This document shows, piece by piece, positions 10,008 to 18,680 of a stretch of 64,000 nt of DNA; within the stretch, counting starts at the first letter, position 1, and each line of letters opens with the position of its first letter. Source of the DNA: an uncultured Gemmatimonadaceae bacterium (GTDB lineage Bacteria > Gemmatimonadota > Gemmatimonadetes > Gemmatimonadales > Gemmatimonadaceae); assembly GCA_963716745.1 (NCBI GenBank), contig OY970320.1:960001-1024000 (forward strand). Reading direction: 5' to 3'. Both the position numbers and the translations under genes were made by a program. Below the pieces are notes generated by a model. The model was given only the letters and a program-made list of their open reading frames with translations, was not told where the DNA came from and searched no databases.

Positions 10008-10526
10008 TCAGGGCCAGGGTTTGTCTCCCCGATCCTTGTCGGCCAAAGCGGAGAGGTGCACATCCGCGTATTCCACGCCGGTCGCCGTCCCGGCGGCTTT
10101 GCCCGCGCGCGCATAGTACAGCGTGAGCCGCGTAGTCCTCGTTTGCCAGATCACTTCGCCGAGCCCCGAGTCCGTGGTGTCCTCGCGCGTCGGCGCGCCG
10201 TACATGCCGTTCAGGCGAAAGCGCATCGTCGAGTAACGACGATCCTCCGGGGGCGTCGTGAATGCGAACAGCGAGTCGCGGATGAACGCGCAATCGAATT
10301 GTTGCATCCCGGGCAGACCGCCTCCGCCGGCCTCCACGGTGTCGATGAACGCCTTCGCGCGCGCCTCGTGTGCGCCGCAATTCTGCTTGGGCGTGCAATC
10401 GGGCAACTCGTGGGTGAGACGCGTGAATGCCTGCACGGGCATCCCGAGCTTCACCGGCCCAACGGCGCGCGGCAGCGGCAACGCCGCGGCCGCCAGCATC
10501 CCTATGATCACAACACTCCGCATCAC
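10008..10526 (-). CDS. Secreted hypothetical protein
   Basis: Signal-peptide-like N-terminus, aggagg RBS upstream, plausible amino-acid composition. Confidence 0.65.
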   Translation of the reverse strand: MMRSVVIIGMLAAAALPLPRAVGPVKLGMPVQAFTRLTHELPDCTPKQNCGAHEARAKAFIDTVEAGGGGLPGMQQFDCAFIRDSLFAFTTPPEDRRYSTMRFRLNGMYGAPTREDTTDSGLGEVIWQTRTTRLTLYYARAGKAAGTATGVEYADVHLSALADKDRGDKPWP

Positions 10527-10582
10527 GCCTCCTGTTGCAAGGAGGTTACTTTCTGCGCCGGCTATCGCGCAAGCTTTTTATT

Positions 10583-12526
10583 TCAGATCCCCAGTGCGGT
10601 CCGCTCGGCCGTATTCGTATCGAGCGTCTCGTCGTGCATCATTATATCGCGAAGCCGCTGCGCGCGCCCCACGAGATACGGCACGGAGGTGACCACGACA
10701 TTCGGGCGGAAGGTGAACGCCGTGCGGATGAAGAGCGCCGTCTTGTTGTGCAGGAGATGCTCCCACCACTTGTGCGGCACGATGTCGGCCACGACGACGG
10801 TCACGAGATCGGCATCGCCCCGATGGATCATCCGGTTCACATAGTCCACCAGCGGCCGCAGCACCGACCGATACGGCGACGGGATCACCACGAGATCCAC
10901 GCCAATGTCCCACGCGGCCCATTCGGTTTTGAGCCGCTCGGTCGCCGCCGGATCGGTCTCGACGTACACCGCGCGCACATCTTCGGAGATCGTCGTCGCG
11001 TACACCAGCACTCCCGCCGTCGCGCGCGTGATGCCGTTCACCGGCACGATCACTGTATGGTGCATGAACATCAGCGGCGAGTGCCCGGTGAACCGGATCT
11101 CCTCGGCGAATTCGGCGTAGTGCGAGTGGATCTTCCGCAGCAATAGAATAATGGCGGGGATGATGATGACGACGATCCACGCGCCGTGCAGGAATTTCGT
11201 GACCACCTGCACCACCGACACGATGGCCGTCGCGACGGCGCCGAGTCCGTTGAGCGCGGACTTCCACTTCCATCCTTCGTCGCGCGTGGTGCGCCAATGC
11301 ATCACCATGCCGGCCTGCGAGAGCGTGAAGCACACGAACACGCCGATCGCGTACAGCGGAATGAGCGCGCTCGTGTCGCCGTGGAAGAACCACACGAGCA
11401 GGATGGCCACGAGCGAGAGCGCGACGATCCCGTTCGAGAACGCGAGGCGGTCGCCGCGCGCCGCGAACTGGCGCGGCATGTAGCCGTCGCGCGCGAGGAT
11501 GCTGGACAATCGCGGGAAATCGGCGAACGCGGTATTCGCCGCGAGCACGAGGATCGCGAACGTCGCGTATTGCAGCGCGAAGTACACCACGCCGCCGCCG
11601 AAGATGTGCCGGCCGAGTTGCGATAGCACGGTGTCGGATGCCGAGGGCATCACCTGGTAATGTTGCGCGAGCGAACTCACGCCCATGAAGAACACGCCGA
11701 GGATCGCGGCCATCCAGCCGAGCGTGATGGCGGCGTTCTTGGCGCTGGGCGACTTGAACGCGCTCACGCCGTTGGAGATGGCCTCGGTGCCGGTCATCGC
11801 GACGCATCCTTCGGCGAACCCGCGCAGGATGAGGAACACGAGCGCGAAGCCGGCGATGCCCTGCGACCCGTGCGCCGCGGCCGAGACGGGATCAATGCGC
11901 GGCGCGCCGAGCACCGGCGCGAGCTCATGGCCGAGCGCGATGCGATAGAAGCCGGTGCCGATGAGCGCGAGCATCAGCACGATGAAGATGTACGTGGGCA
12001 CGCTGAACGCCGCGCCCGATTCCCGAACGCCGCGCAGGTTCACGAGCATGAGCAGCACGATGGCGCCGACGCAGAGTCCCACCGTGTGCGGCTGCAGCAC
12101 GGGGTACGCGGACGTGATCGCGGCGATGCCGCCGGAGATCGACACGGCGACCGTGAGGATATAGTCGGTGAGCAGTGCGGCCGCGGCGACGAGTCCGGGC
12201 ATCGTGCCGAGGTTGTCCTTCGCGACCGTGTAGGACCCGCCGCCGCCGGGATAGGCGAAGATCGTCTGCCGGTACGAGAGCGCGACGATGATGAGCAGTG
12301 CGACGATGACGCCGGAGATCGGAACGATGTACTGGAAGGCGAGCGTTCCGAGGACGGCGAGGACGATCAGCGTCTGCTCGGTGGCGTAGGCGACGGAGGA
12401 GATCGCGTCGGAGGAGAGGACGGCGAGCGCCGTTTTCTTGTTGAGGCGCTCGTGATCGAGGCGATCGGAGGCGAGCGGGCGGCCGAAGAGCAGCCGCTTG
12501 AATCGCGGTAACGCGGGGGCGGACAT
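10583..12526 (-). CDS. APC-superfamily transporter, KimA/YdaO-like (probable K+ importer)
   Basis: LSSDAISSVAYATE, YPGGGGSY, TGTEAISNG, ANTAFADFPRL, IPLYAIGVF, SPYRS, LLHNKTA. Confidence 0.88.
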   Translation of the reverse strand: MSAPALPRFKRLLFGRPLASDRLDHERLNKKTALAVLSSDAISSVAYATEQTLIVLAVLGTLAFQYIVPISGVIVALLIIVALSYRQTIFAYPGGGGSYTVAKDNLGTMPGLVAAAALLTDYILTVAVSISGGIAAITSAYPVLQPHTVGLCVGAIVLLMLVNLRGVRESGAAFSVPTYIFIVLMLALIGTGFYRIALGHELAPVLGAPRIDPVSAAAHGSQGIAGFALVFLILRGFAEGCVAMTGTEAISNGVSAFKSPSAKNAAITLGWMAAILGVFFMGVSSLAQHYQVMPSASDTVLSQLGRHIFGGGVVYFALQYATFAILVLAANTAFADFPRLSSILARDGYMPRQFAARGDRLAFSNGIVALSLVAILLVWFFHGDTSALIPLYAIGVFVCFTLSQAGMVMHWRTTRDEGWKWKSALNGLGAVATAIVSVVQVVTKFLHGAWIVVIIIPAIILLLRKIHSHYAEFAEEIRFTGHSPLMFMHHTVIVPVNGITRATAGVLVYATTISEDVRAVYVETDPAATERLKTEWAAWDIGVDLVVIPSPYRSVLRPLVDYVNRMIHRGDADLVTVVVADIVPHKWWEHLLHNKTALFIRTAFTFRPNVVVTSVPYLVGRAQRLRDIMMHDETLDTNTAERTALGI

Positions 12527-12607
12527 TTTTCCTGCCGGGCATGAGAACGGGCCCCGGTCCAGACGGACCGCGACCCGGTGATCGACAGCACTAGGGTATC
12601 ACATAAG

Positions 12608-12680
<73 letters not shown>

Positions 12681-12755
12681 GTTCACTACAGGTACGCGTT
12701 GCTCCTAGAAACTACTGGCTGGCGGTGCGGCAGGCTACTCCCTTGCTTCGGAAGG

Positions 12756-12857
12756 CGCGGCAAGCGGGAAGCGGGAAGCGCCGCGGGACGCGGGAAGGGC
12801 GCGGAGGCTCACGCGCGTCCCGCACATCGCGGCGCTTCCCGCTTCCCGCGTCCCGCG
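12756..12857. repeat. Palindromic element, family A
   Basis: aagcgggaagcgggaagcgccgcg ... cgcggcgcttcccgcttcccgcgtcccgcg. Confidence 0.88.
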
Positions 12858-12860
12858 TAG

Positions 12861-13142
12861 TTATTTCTTCGCCGGCGGATCGACCTTGATGTCCTTCGCG
12901 CCGAGGGTGGCGTCTTGCACGAGCTTGACGCCGCAGGCTTCGAGTGTATCGCGGGCCTCCTGCATCTGCGACGGGAGCTTGAGCTCGGCGTTGTCGGGCG
13001 AGACGCGAACGGTGGAACCCTTCGCGATCAGGCGGTCCTCGGCGCGCTCCAGCAGGTCGTCGATGTTCGTGATGGGAGCGGGCGCGGCGGGCGGCTTAGG
13101 CGGCTGCGGGGCGGTCATGGTGGCTCCTGGTTGGGCTGCCAT
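12861..13142 (-). CDS. Small hypothetical protein
   Basis: 93-aa ORF with plausible composition; an RBS-like aggag lies before the internal ATG (MTAPQPP). Confidence 0.6.
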   Translation of the reverse strand: MAAQPGATMTAPQPPKPPAAPAPITNIDDLLERAEDRLIAKGSTVRVSPDNAELKLPSQMQEARDTLEACGVKLVQDATLGAKDIKVDPPAKK

Positions 13143-13180
13143 AAGTGACGCGGCTCGCGCGGGAGTAGCAACCCGGAACG

Positions 13181-13206
13181 AAAACGGCCCCGGATCACGG
13201 GGCCGT
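13181..13206 (-). terminator. Intrinsic terminator after the tRNA cluster
   Basis: Minus strand acggccccg-tgatc-cggggccgt-ttt directly after tRNA-Thr. Confidence 0.75.
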
Positions 13207-13211
13207 CTGAG

Positions 13212-13283
13212 AGCCAGCGGTCAGGATTGAACTGACGACCGCTCGATTACGAATCGAGTGCTCTACCACTGAGCTACGCTGGC
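13212..13283 (-). tRNA. tRNA-Thr(CGT)
   Basis: GCCAGCGTAGCTCAGTGGTAGAGCACTCGATTCGTAATCGAG...GTTCAATCCTGACCGCTGGCT. Confidence 0.95.
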
Positions 13284-13312
13284 GATCGTCGAAGGTACTG
13301 CGAGTTGCTGCA

Positions 13313-13394
13313 TGCCCTGGCGCGGACTCGAACCGCGACGCCTTACGGCACCACCCCCTCAAGATGGCGTGTCTACCAATTTCACCACCAGGGC
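13313..13394 (-). tRNA. tRNA-Leu(GAG)
   Basis: GCCCTGGTGGTGAAATTGGTAGACACGCCATCTTGAGGGGGTGG, long variable arm, TTCGAGT loop. Confidence 0.95.
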
Positions 13395-13445
13395 GCTGCT
13401 GACCTTAAGTCGAGATGAGGTCTAACGTCCAACGACCAACGACTA

Positions 13446-13519
13446 CGGGGCTGACGGGGATCGAACCCGCGACCTCCGGTGTGACAGACCGGCACTCTAA
13501 CCAGCTGAGCTACAGCCCC
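13446..13519 (-). tRNA. tRNA-Asp(GTC)
   Basis: GGGGCTGTAGCTCAGCTGGTTAGAGTGCCGGTCTGTCACACCGG...TTCGATCCCCGTCAGCCCCG. Confidence 0.95.
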
Positions 13520-13543
13520 AAATACATCTCTATCGTCCCCTAG

Positions 13544-13615
13544 TAGCCCCAAGGGGAGTCGAACCCCTCTCTGCACCTTGAAAGGGTGCCGTCCTAACCG
13601 ATAGACGATGGGGCC
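13544..13615 (-). tRNA. tRNA-Glu(TTC)
   Basis: GGCCCCATCGTCTATCGGTTAGGACGGCACCCTTTCAAGGTGC...TTCGACTCCCCTTGGGGCTA. Confidence 0.95.
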
Positions 13616-13702
13616 GTGCAACAGCAGAGGCGCGTCTAGCGTGTGGCGCTACTGAACTGCGGCGTTAGACGTTGGACCATCCTGCAAGGGAAAGTTTCCA
13701 CA

Positions 13703-13775
13703 TAGCGGTAACGGGATTCGAACCCGTGTTTAAGCCTTGAGAGGGCTCCGTCCTAGTCCCCTAGACGATACCGCC
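13703..13775 (-). tRNA. tRNA-Glu(CTC)
   Basis: GGCGGTATCGTCTAGGGGACTAGGACGGAGCCCTCTCAAGGCT...TTCGAATCCCGTTACCGCTA. Confidence 0.93.
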
Positions 13776-13808
13776 AGTCGACTGCTCGAGAATCATTTCA
13801 AAAAGCAA

Positions 13809-13881
13809 CAGGCCCGGAGGGACTTGAACCCCCAACCGCTGGTTTTGGAGACCAGTGCTCTACCAGTTGAGCTACGGACCT
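13809..13881 (-). tRNA. tRNA-Trp(CCA)
   Basis: AGGTCCGTAGCTCAACTGGTAGAGCACTGGTCTCCAAAACCAG...TTCAAGTCCCTCCGGGCCTG. Confidence 0.95.
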
Positions 13882-13924
13882 AACGACCGCGACGGCCTCG
13901 GATCCTCCGCTCCTCCCCCCCCAG

Positions 13925-13999
13925 GGTGACCGAGGGGAATTGAACCCCCAACCCCCGGAGCCACAGTCCGGTGCTCTAACCAATTGAGCTACGGTCACC
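13925..13999 (-). tRNA. tRNA-His(GTG)
   Basis: G(-1)GTGACCGTAGCTCAATTGGTTAGAGCACCGGACTGTGGCTCCGG...CGGTCACC. Confidence 0.95.
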
Positions 14000-14084
14000 A
14001 TGTTCCTGCGAACATGATATTCTAACGGTGAAGACGACCCGAATCAACAATCCGCTCACGACGCACGACTCATAACTCACGCCG

Positions 14085-14651
14085 TCAGTTCTTAACTCGG
14101 TCTAGGTACTCGCCCGTATTCGGATTCACGCGAATCCGCTCCCCGCTCGAGATGAACTCCGGTACGTTCACCGTCGCGCCGTTCTCCAGCTTCGCCGGCT
14201 TCGCACTCGCGTTCTTCGTCGCACTCTTCATCACCGGACTCGTCTCGACGATCGTCAGCTCCATCGAATTCGGCAGCTCGATGCCGATCGGCTTCCCGTT
14301 ATAGTACTCGGCGATGATCTTCATCCCCTCCTGCATCCACTGCGCCCCGTCGCCCAGCGTCTCTTCGTCGATCTCGAGCTGGTCGTAATTCTCGCTGTTC
14401 ATGAAGTGGTAGGTATCCGCACTCTTGTACATGAAGTCGAGATTGTGCGTTTCGAGACTCGCCTTCGTGATCGAGTCCGCGGCGCGGAACCGATGCTCGA
14501 AGTTGGAGCCCGTGCGCAGGTTACGGAGCTTCGCCTGCACCATCGCGCGGAGGTTGCCCGGCGTGTGGTGACGGAATTCAGTGATGCGGCAGGGATCGCC
14601 TTCGAAGACGATGACCATGCCGCGCCGGATCTGGGTCGCGGGAATCGCCAT
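14085..14651 (-). CDS. efp: Elongation factor P
   Basis: 188 aa; IRRGMVI, FMNSENYDQ, KPAKLENG, VPEFISSGERIRVNPNTGEYLDR; loop TPGNLR. Confidence 0.95.
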   Translation of the reverse strand: MAIPATQIRRGMVIVFEGDPCRITEFRHHTPGNLRAMVQAKLRNLRTGSNFEHRFRAADSITKASLETHNLDFMYKSADTYHFMNSENYDQLEIDEETLGDGAQWMQEGMKIIAEYYNGKPIGIELPNSMELTIVETSPVMKSATKNASAKPAKLENGATVNVPEFISSGERIRVNPNTGEYLDRVKN

Positions 14652-14798
14652 TGGACTCTATACTTGCTTTGAGTGGATACGGTAAACTGGCTTAGCCTTT
14701 AAGTTTACACTGTTGAGGGTATTCAGGTCAACTGAAAAGGGCGTGTGTGGCGCATGGCGTATAGTGCAACCACCGTAACGGCATTCTGGGGGTCGGTC

Positions 14799-17066
14799 AT
14801 GAGGAGATTCACGATCATTCTGGCGGCGTCGCTCATCGCCCCGCACGTGGCGGCGCAGGTCACCGGCAATACGGTCTTCTCACCGCCGCCGGTCCCGCCC
14901 GCCGATTCCGGCTGGCCCCGCATTGTCCAGACCAAGGCGGACACCTTCACCGCGTACCAGCCACAGCTGGATTCGTGGGAGGGGAATCAGGTCGTGGCAC
15001 GCATGGCGGTGTCGGTGCTGCCCAACGGCGCGCGTGACTCGCTGTTCGGCGTCGTGGAGTTCACCGCGCGCACGGACGTCGACAAGGCGAACCGCACGGT
15101 CTATCTCGAGGCGATGAAGATCACCTCCGTGAAATTCCCGACCGCGCCGGACCGCGAAGCAGGCTACCTCGCCGTGCTCACGACGAAACTGCCCGCGCGA
15201 TCGCACGCGATCCAGCTCGATAAGCTCGAGGCGGCGTTGCAGGTGATCGGCGGCACTCGGCAGATGACGAAGCACACACTCGCCAACGCGCCGCCCGCCA
15301 TCGTCTTCTCGCCGGTGCCCGCGGTGCTGGTCCCGATCGACGGCGCGCCGGTGTGGCGGCCGATGAAGGGCACGAAGCTCACGCGCGTGATCAACACCGC
15401 GCCGGTGCTCGTGAAGTCGTCGCAGACGAAGATGCTGTATCTGCACGTGTTCGATGGTTGGCTGCAGGCGGCCGACACGACTGGCCCGTGGACGGTCACA
15501 AAGAGCGCGCCGGTCGAGACGGTGAACGATCTCAATGTCGTGCTGCGCGCGCTGGTCGATTCCGGCGATGCCGACCCGCTCTCCGGCGCGCCTTCCACGC
15601 CGTACTCGCAGGTGCCGCTGCCGTCGTTGCTCAAGCCGCCGGTGCCGAAAGTGATCATCGCGACGAAGACCACCGAGCTCATCGTCACCGACAGCGCGCC
15701 CAAGTGGGCGCCGATCACCGGCGTGCCGCTGCAGTACGTCAAGAACACCAGCGGCCGCATCCTGCGCGACACGACGGACCACAAGATCTACATTCTGCTC
15801 TCGGGCCGATGGTTCACGTCAATGGCACTCGCCGGACCGTGGACGTACGTGCGTGGCGCGGATCTGCCCAAGTCGTTCGCGCAGATCCCGGACTCCAGCG
15901 CAATGGAGAACGTGCGCGCGGCGATCCCCGGAACGCCGCAGGCCGAGGAAGCGCGGATCGAGAATTCGATCCCGCAAACGGAGACGCTGAGCCGCACGGG
16001 CACGAAGGCCGAGGCGGTGGAGATCGACGGTGCGGCCAAGATCCTGCCGCTCGAGCTCACGGGGCTGCAGTACGTCTCGAATGCGTCGCGTCCACTGATC
16101 GAGGTCACCTCCTCGAGCTGGTACCTGTGCGAGAACGGCGTGTGGTTCAACGGCCCGTCAATGACGGGCCCGTGGGCGGTCGCGACCACCGTGCCCGACG
16201 CGATCTACCAGATCCCGCCGAGTTCACCGTTGCACTATGTGACATACGTGAGAGTGTACGATTCGTCGGCGGATTCGGTGTGGGTGGGCTACACGCCCGG
16301 CTACACCGGCGTGATCCTGGACGATGAGAACGTGGCGGTGTACGGCACGGGTTACGGGTACACCTCCTGGATCGGCAATGACTGGTATGCGCCGCCGTTC
16401 ACCTACGGCTACGGCGCGAACATCGGGTGGACGCCGTGGTACGGCTGGCGCTACGGCGCCGGTTACGGCTATGCCTGGGGCTGGGGCGGGTACGGACTCG
16501 GTTCGTATCGCGGCGTGGGCCGCTGGGGCGTGGGAGACTGGGGCTCCATGACGGGAAGCGTGTACGACCGGTGGCTCGACGGCGGCCGCGCGAAGTTGTA
16601 CGGCGGCGTCGATCCTCGCATGGGCAATCCGTGGGGCGACCGGTTCAGCATGTCGTTCAACTCACGCACGGGGTGGGCCGCCGCCGGCCAGTATGGCGCC
16701 GTGGGGAACGTGTTCACTGGCGTGTACGCCGATGGCATGTACGCCGCGGGGATCTACGGCGGCTACGGCGCGTACGCGGGTGGCTATTACAACTACGGCG
16801 CGTACGCCGACTACGCCGCACGCTGGGCGTACCGGAACAACGTGTACGGGGACCGCAACGGGAACGTGTTCCGTCGCGACGGCTACGGCAGCTGGAGCGG
16901 CAACGGCGTGCGCGGCTGGGGTGGAGTGGACGCAGGCCGCGCCGCGACATTGAACCGGATGGACGGAGCGCGCGGGATCGGCGAGACGAGAGCGGGAGGG
17001 TTCAATAATGCGGGAGGGGCACGCGCACGGTCGGGCGGGATGAGAGGGGGCGGCCGAAGACGCTAA
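14799..17066 (+). CDS. Large secreted protein with a Gly/Tyr/Trp-rich C-terminus (paralog of 42829)
   Basis: Signal peptide; WPR...YQPQLDSW, LSGRWF, IPGTPQA, IPPSSPLHYVTYV, GYTPGY motifs shared with 42829. Confidence 0.8.
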   Translation: MRRFTIILAASLIAPHVAAQVTGNTVFSPPPVPPADSGWPRIVQTKADTFTAYQPQLDSWEGNQVVARMAVSVLPNGARDSLFGVVEFTARTDVDKANRTVYLEAMKITSVKFPTAPDREAGYLAVLTTKLPARSHAIQLDKLEAALQVIGGTRQMTKHTLANAPPAIVFSPVPAVLVPIDGAPVWRPMKGTKLTRVINTAPVLVKSSQTKMLYLHVFDGWLQAADTTGPWTVTKSAPVETVNDLNVVLRALVDSGDADPLSGAPSTPYSQVPLPSLLKPPVPKVIIATKTTELIVTDSAPKWAPITGVPLQYVKNTSGRILRDTTDHKIYILLSGRWFTSMALAGPWTYVRGADLPKSFAQIPDSSAMENVRAAIPGTPQAEEARIENSIPQTETLSRTGTKAEAVEIDGAAKILPLELTGLQYVSNASRPLIEVTSSSWYLCENGVWFNGPSMTGPWAVATTVPDAIYQIPPSSPLHYVTYVRVYDSSADSVWVGYTPGYTGVILDDENVAVYGTGYGYTSWIGNDWYAPPFTYGYGANIGWTPWYGWRYGAGYGYAWGWGGYGLGSYRGVGRWGVGDWGSMTGSVYDRWLDGGRAKLYGGVDPRMGNPWGDRFSMSFNSRTGWAAAGQYGAVGNVFTGVYADGMYAAGIYGGYGAYAGGYYNYGAYADYAARWAYRNNVYGDRNGNVFRRDGYGSWSGNGVRGWGGVDAGRAATLNRMDGARGIGETRAGGFNNAGGARARSGGMRGGGRRR

Positions 17067-17310
17067 CGGCGTGAGTCGTAACCCTGACTCCGTGAGTTCC
17101 GAGTCGTGCGTCGTGGACCACGACCTGCGTGCGTCGCGACCCGAACGCCGTGAGTGACAACTCACGGCGTTCTGCGTACTCACGGAGTTCGGGGTGCGAC
17201 GCACGGAGTGTCGGGTCGCGACGCACGGTGTCAGTGGTCCACGACGCACGACTCGGTACTCACGGCGTTCGGGGTACGAGTCACGGCGTTCGGGTCGCGA
17301 GTCACGCCGT
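17065..17310. repeat. Family C inverted-repeat element, no ORF
   Basis: Ends aacggcgtga ... tcacgccgt; internal cgagtcgtgcgtcgtggaccac and gtggtccacgacgcacgactcg arms; lies between convergent genes. Confidence 0.9.
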
Positions 17311-18004
17311 CAGCGCTTCAGCGAATCCAAGACCGGGACAAGGACTCTCATCACATTCGTCGCGACGATCTGCGCCCCGCGAACATTCGGGTGTATCCCA
17401 TCCCCTTGATTGAGCGTATCGATCCCCGCCACTCCATTGAGCAGGAACGGCAAGAATGTGATCTTGTTCGCGCGTCGCCAATTCCGGGAATGCCCGGTGA
17501 AAGTCCGATGCGTAACCCGGTCCCATGTTCGGCAGCGCTTCCATGGCCATCAGGATGATCCTCGCGCGCGGCTGCTCGGCGCGGATCGAGTCGATGATCG
17601 CTTGGATGTTCGCGCGCATGGAATCCACGCTCAGTCCGCGCAGCCCATCGTTCGCGCCAGTCTCGAGCAGGATCACGGCCGCGGGGCGCGCGCAGCAGCC
17701 AGCCGATCCGTCCGCGCGCGTCGGCTGACGTCTCCCCGCTGACGCCCGCGTTCACCACCTCATAGTTTTCGTGCAGCGAGTCGAGCCGGCGCGCGATCAC
17801 GGCCACGTACGACTGGTCGGGCTCCAGACCGTAGCCGGCGGTGAGACTCGTGCCGATGAACAGGATCACGGGCTTCGCGGCGCCACTGTCGGCATGCGCC
17901 TTCGCGGCTGCCGCGACTGACGCCTCGCGCGGCGCCGGCTTCACCCCGCGGTCGCAGGCGGCGAGCGCGATCACGATCATTCCCCATTTCAGCGGTGCAC
18001 GCAT
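17302..18004 (-). CDS. TesA-like GDSL arylesterase lipoprotein (frameshifted)
   Basis: FIGTSLTAGYG, NAGVSGETS, LLETGANDGLRG, lipobox LAAC; divergent from ybbA-like and ybbP-like genes. Confidence 0.85.
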
Positions 18005-18680
18005 GCTCGTAGTCCGGGAGTTGACGAAGACCTTCCCCAGCGGCGATCAGTCCCTAACGGTACTGCGCGACGTGAACTTCGACATCCCCGAGCGCGCTTT
18101 CGTGGCGGTGCTCGGCCCCTCGGGCAGCGGCAAGACGACGCTCCTCGCGCTGCTCGCGGGGCTCGACACGCCGTCGCGCGGCTCGGTGTCGCTCGACGGT
18201 TCCGACTTGGGCACGCTCTCCGAAGATGCGCGCGCCAAACTCCGCGGACAGAAAGTTGGGTTCGTGTTCCAGAGCTTTCAACTCATCCCCACCCTCACGG
18301 CGCTCGAGAACGTGCGCGTGCCGCTGGAACTGCGCGGCGTGGCCGACGCGGCCATCCGCGCGCGTGAACTCCTCGGCCGCGTGGGGCTCGCCGACCGCAC
18401 GCACCACTACCCCGCCCAGCTCTCGGGCGGCGAGCAGCAACGTGTCGCGCTCGCGCGCGCCTTCGTGAACGCGCCGCGCGTGCTCTTCGCCGATGAGCCC
18501 ACGGGCAATCTCGACCAGGCCACCGGCGCCAAGATCATCGATCTCATCGAGGAACTGAACCGCGAATCGGGCACGACGGTGATCCTCGTGACGCACGATG
18601 AGGCGCTCGCCGCGCGCGCGACGCGCGTGATCCGTCTGGCCGACGGCGCCGTGGTGCAGGACACGGGACGCGCCGCGTGA
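18003..18680 (+). CDS. ABC transporter ATP-binding protein (YbbA-like)
   Basis: GPSGSGKT, LSGGEQQRV, FADEPTGNLD; ATG at 18003. Confidence 0.93.
   Translation: MLVVRELTKTFPSGDQSLTVLRDVNFDIPERAFVAVLGPSGSGKTTLLALLAGLDTPSRGSVSLDGSDLGTLSEDARAKLRGQKVGFVFQSFQLIPTLTALENVRVPLELRGVADAAIRARELLGRVGLADRTHHYPAQLSGGEQQRVALARAFVNAPRVLFADEPTGNLDQATGAKIIDLIEELNRESGTTVILVTHDEALAARATRVIRLADGAVVQDTGRAA

Noticed and set aside
12527..12607. c-di-AMP (ydaO) riboswitch upstream of the KimA-like gene
   Set aside because: Only ~80 nt lie between tRNA-Gly and the start, and I see no ydaO consensus.
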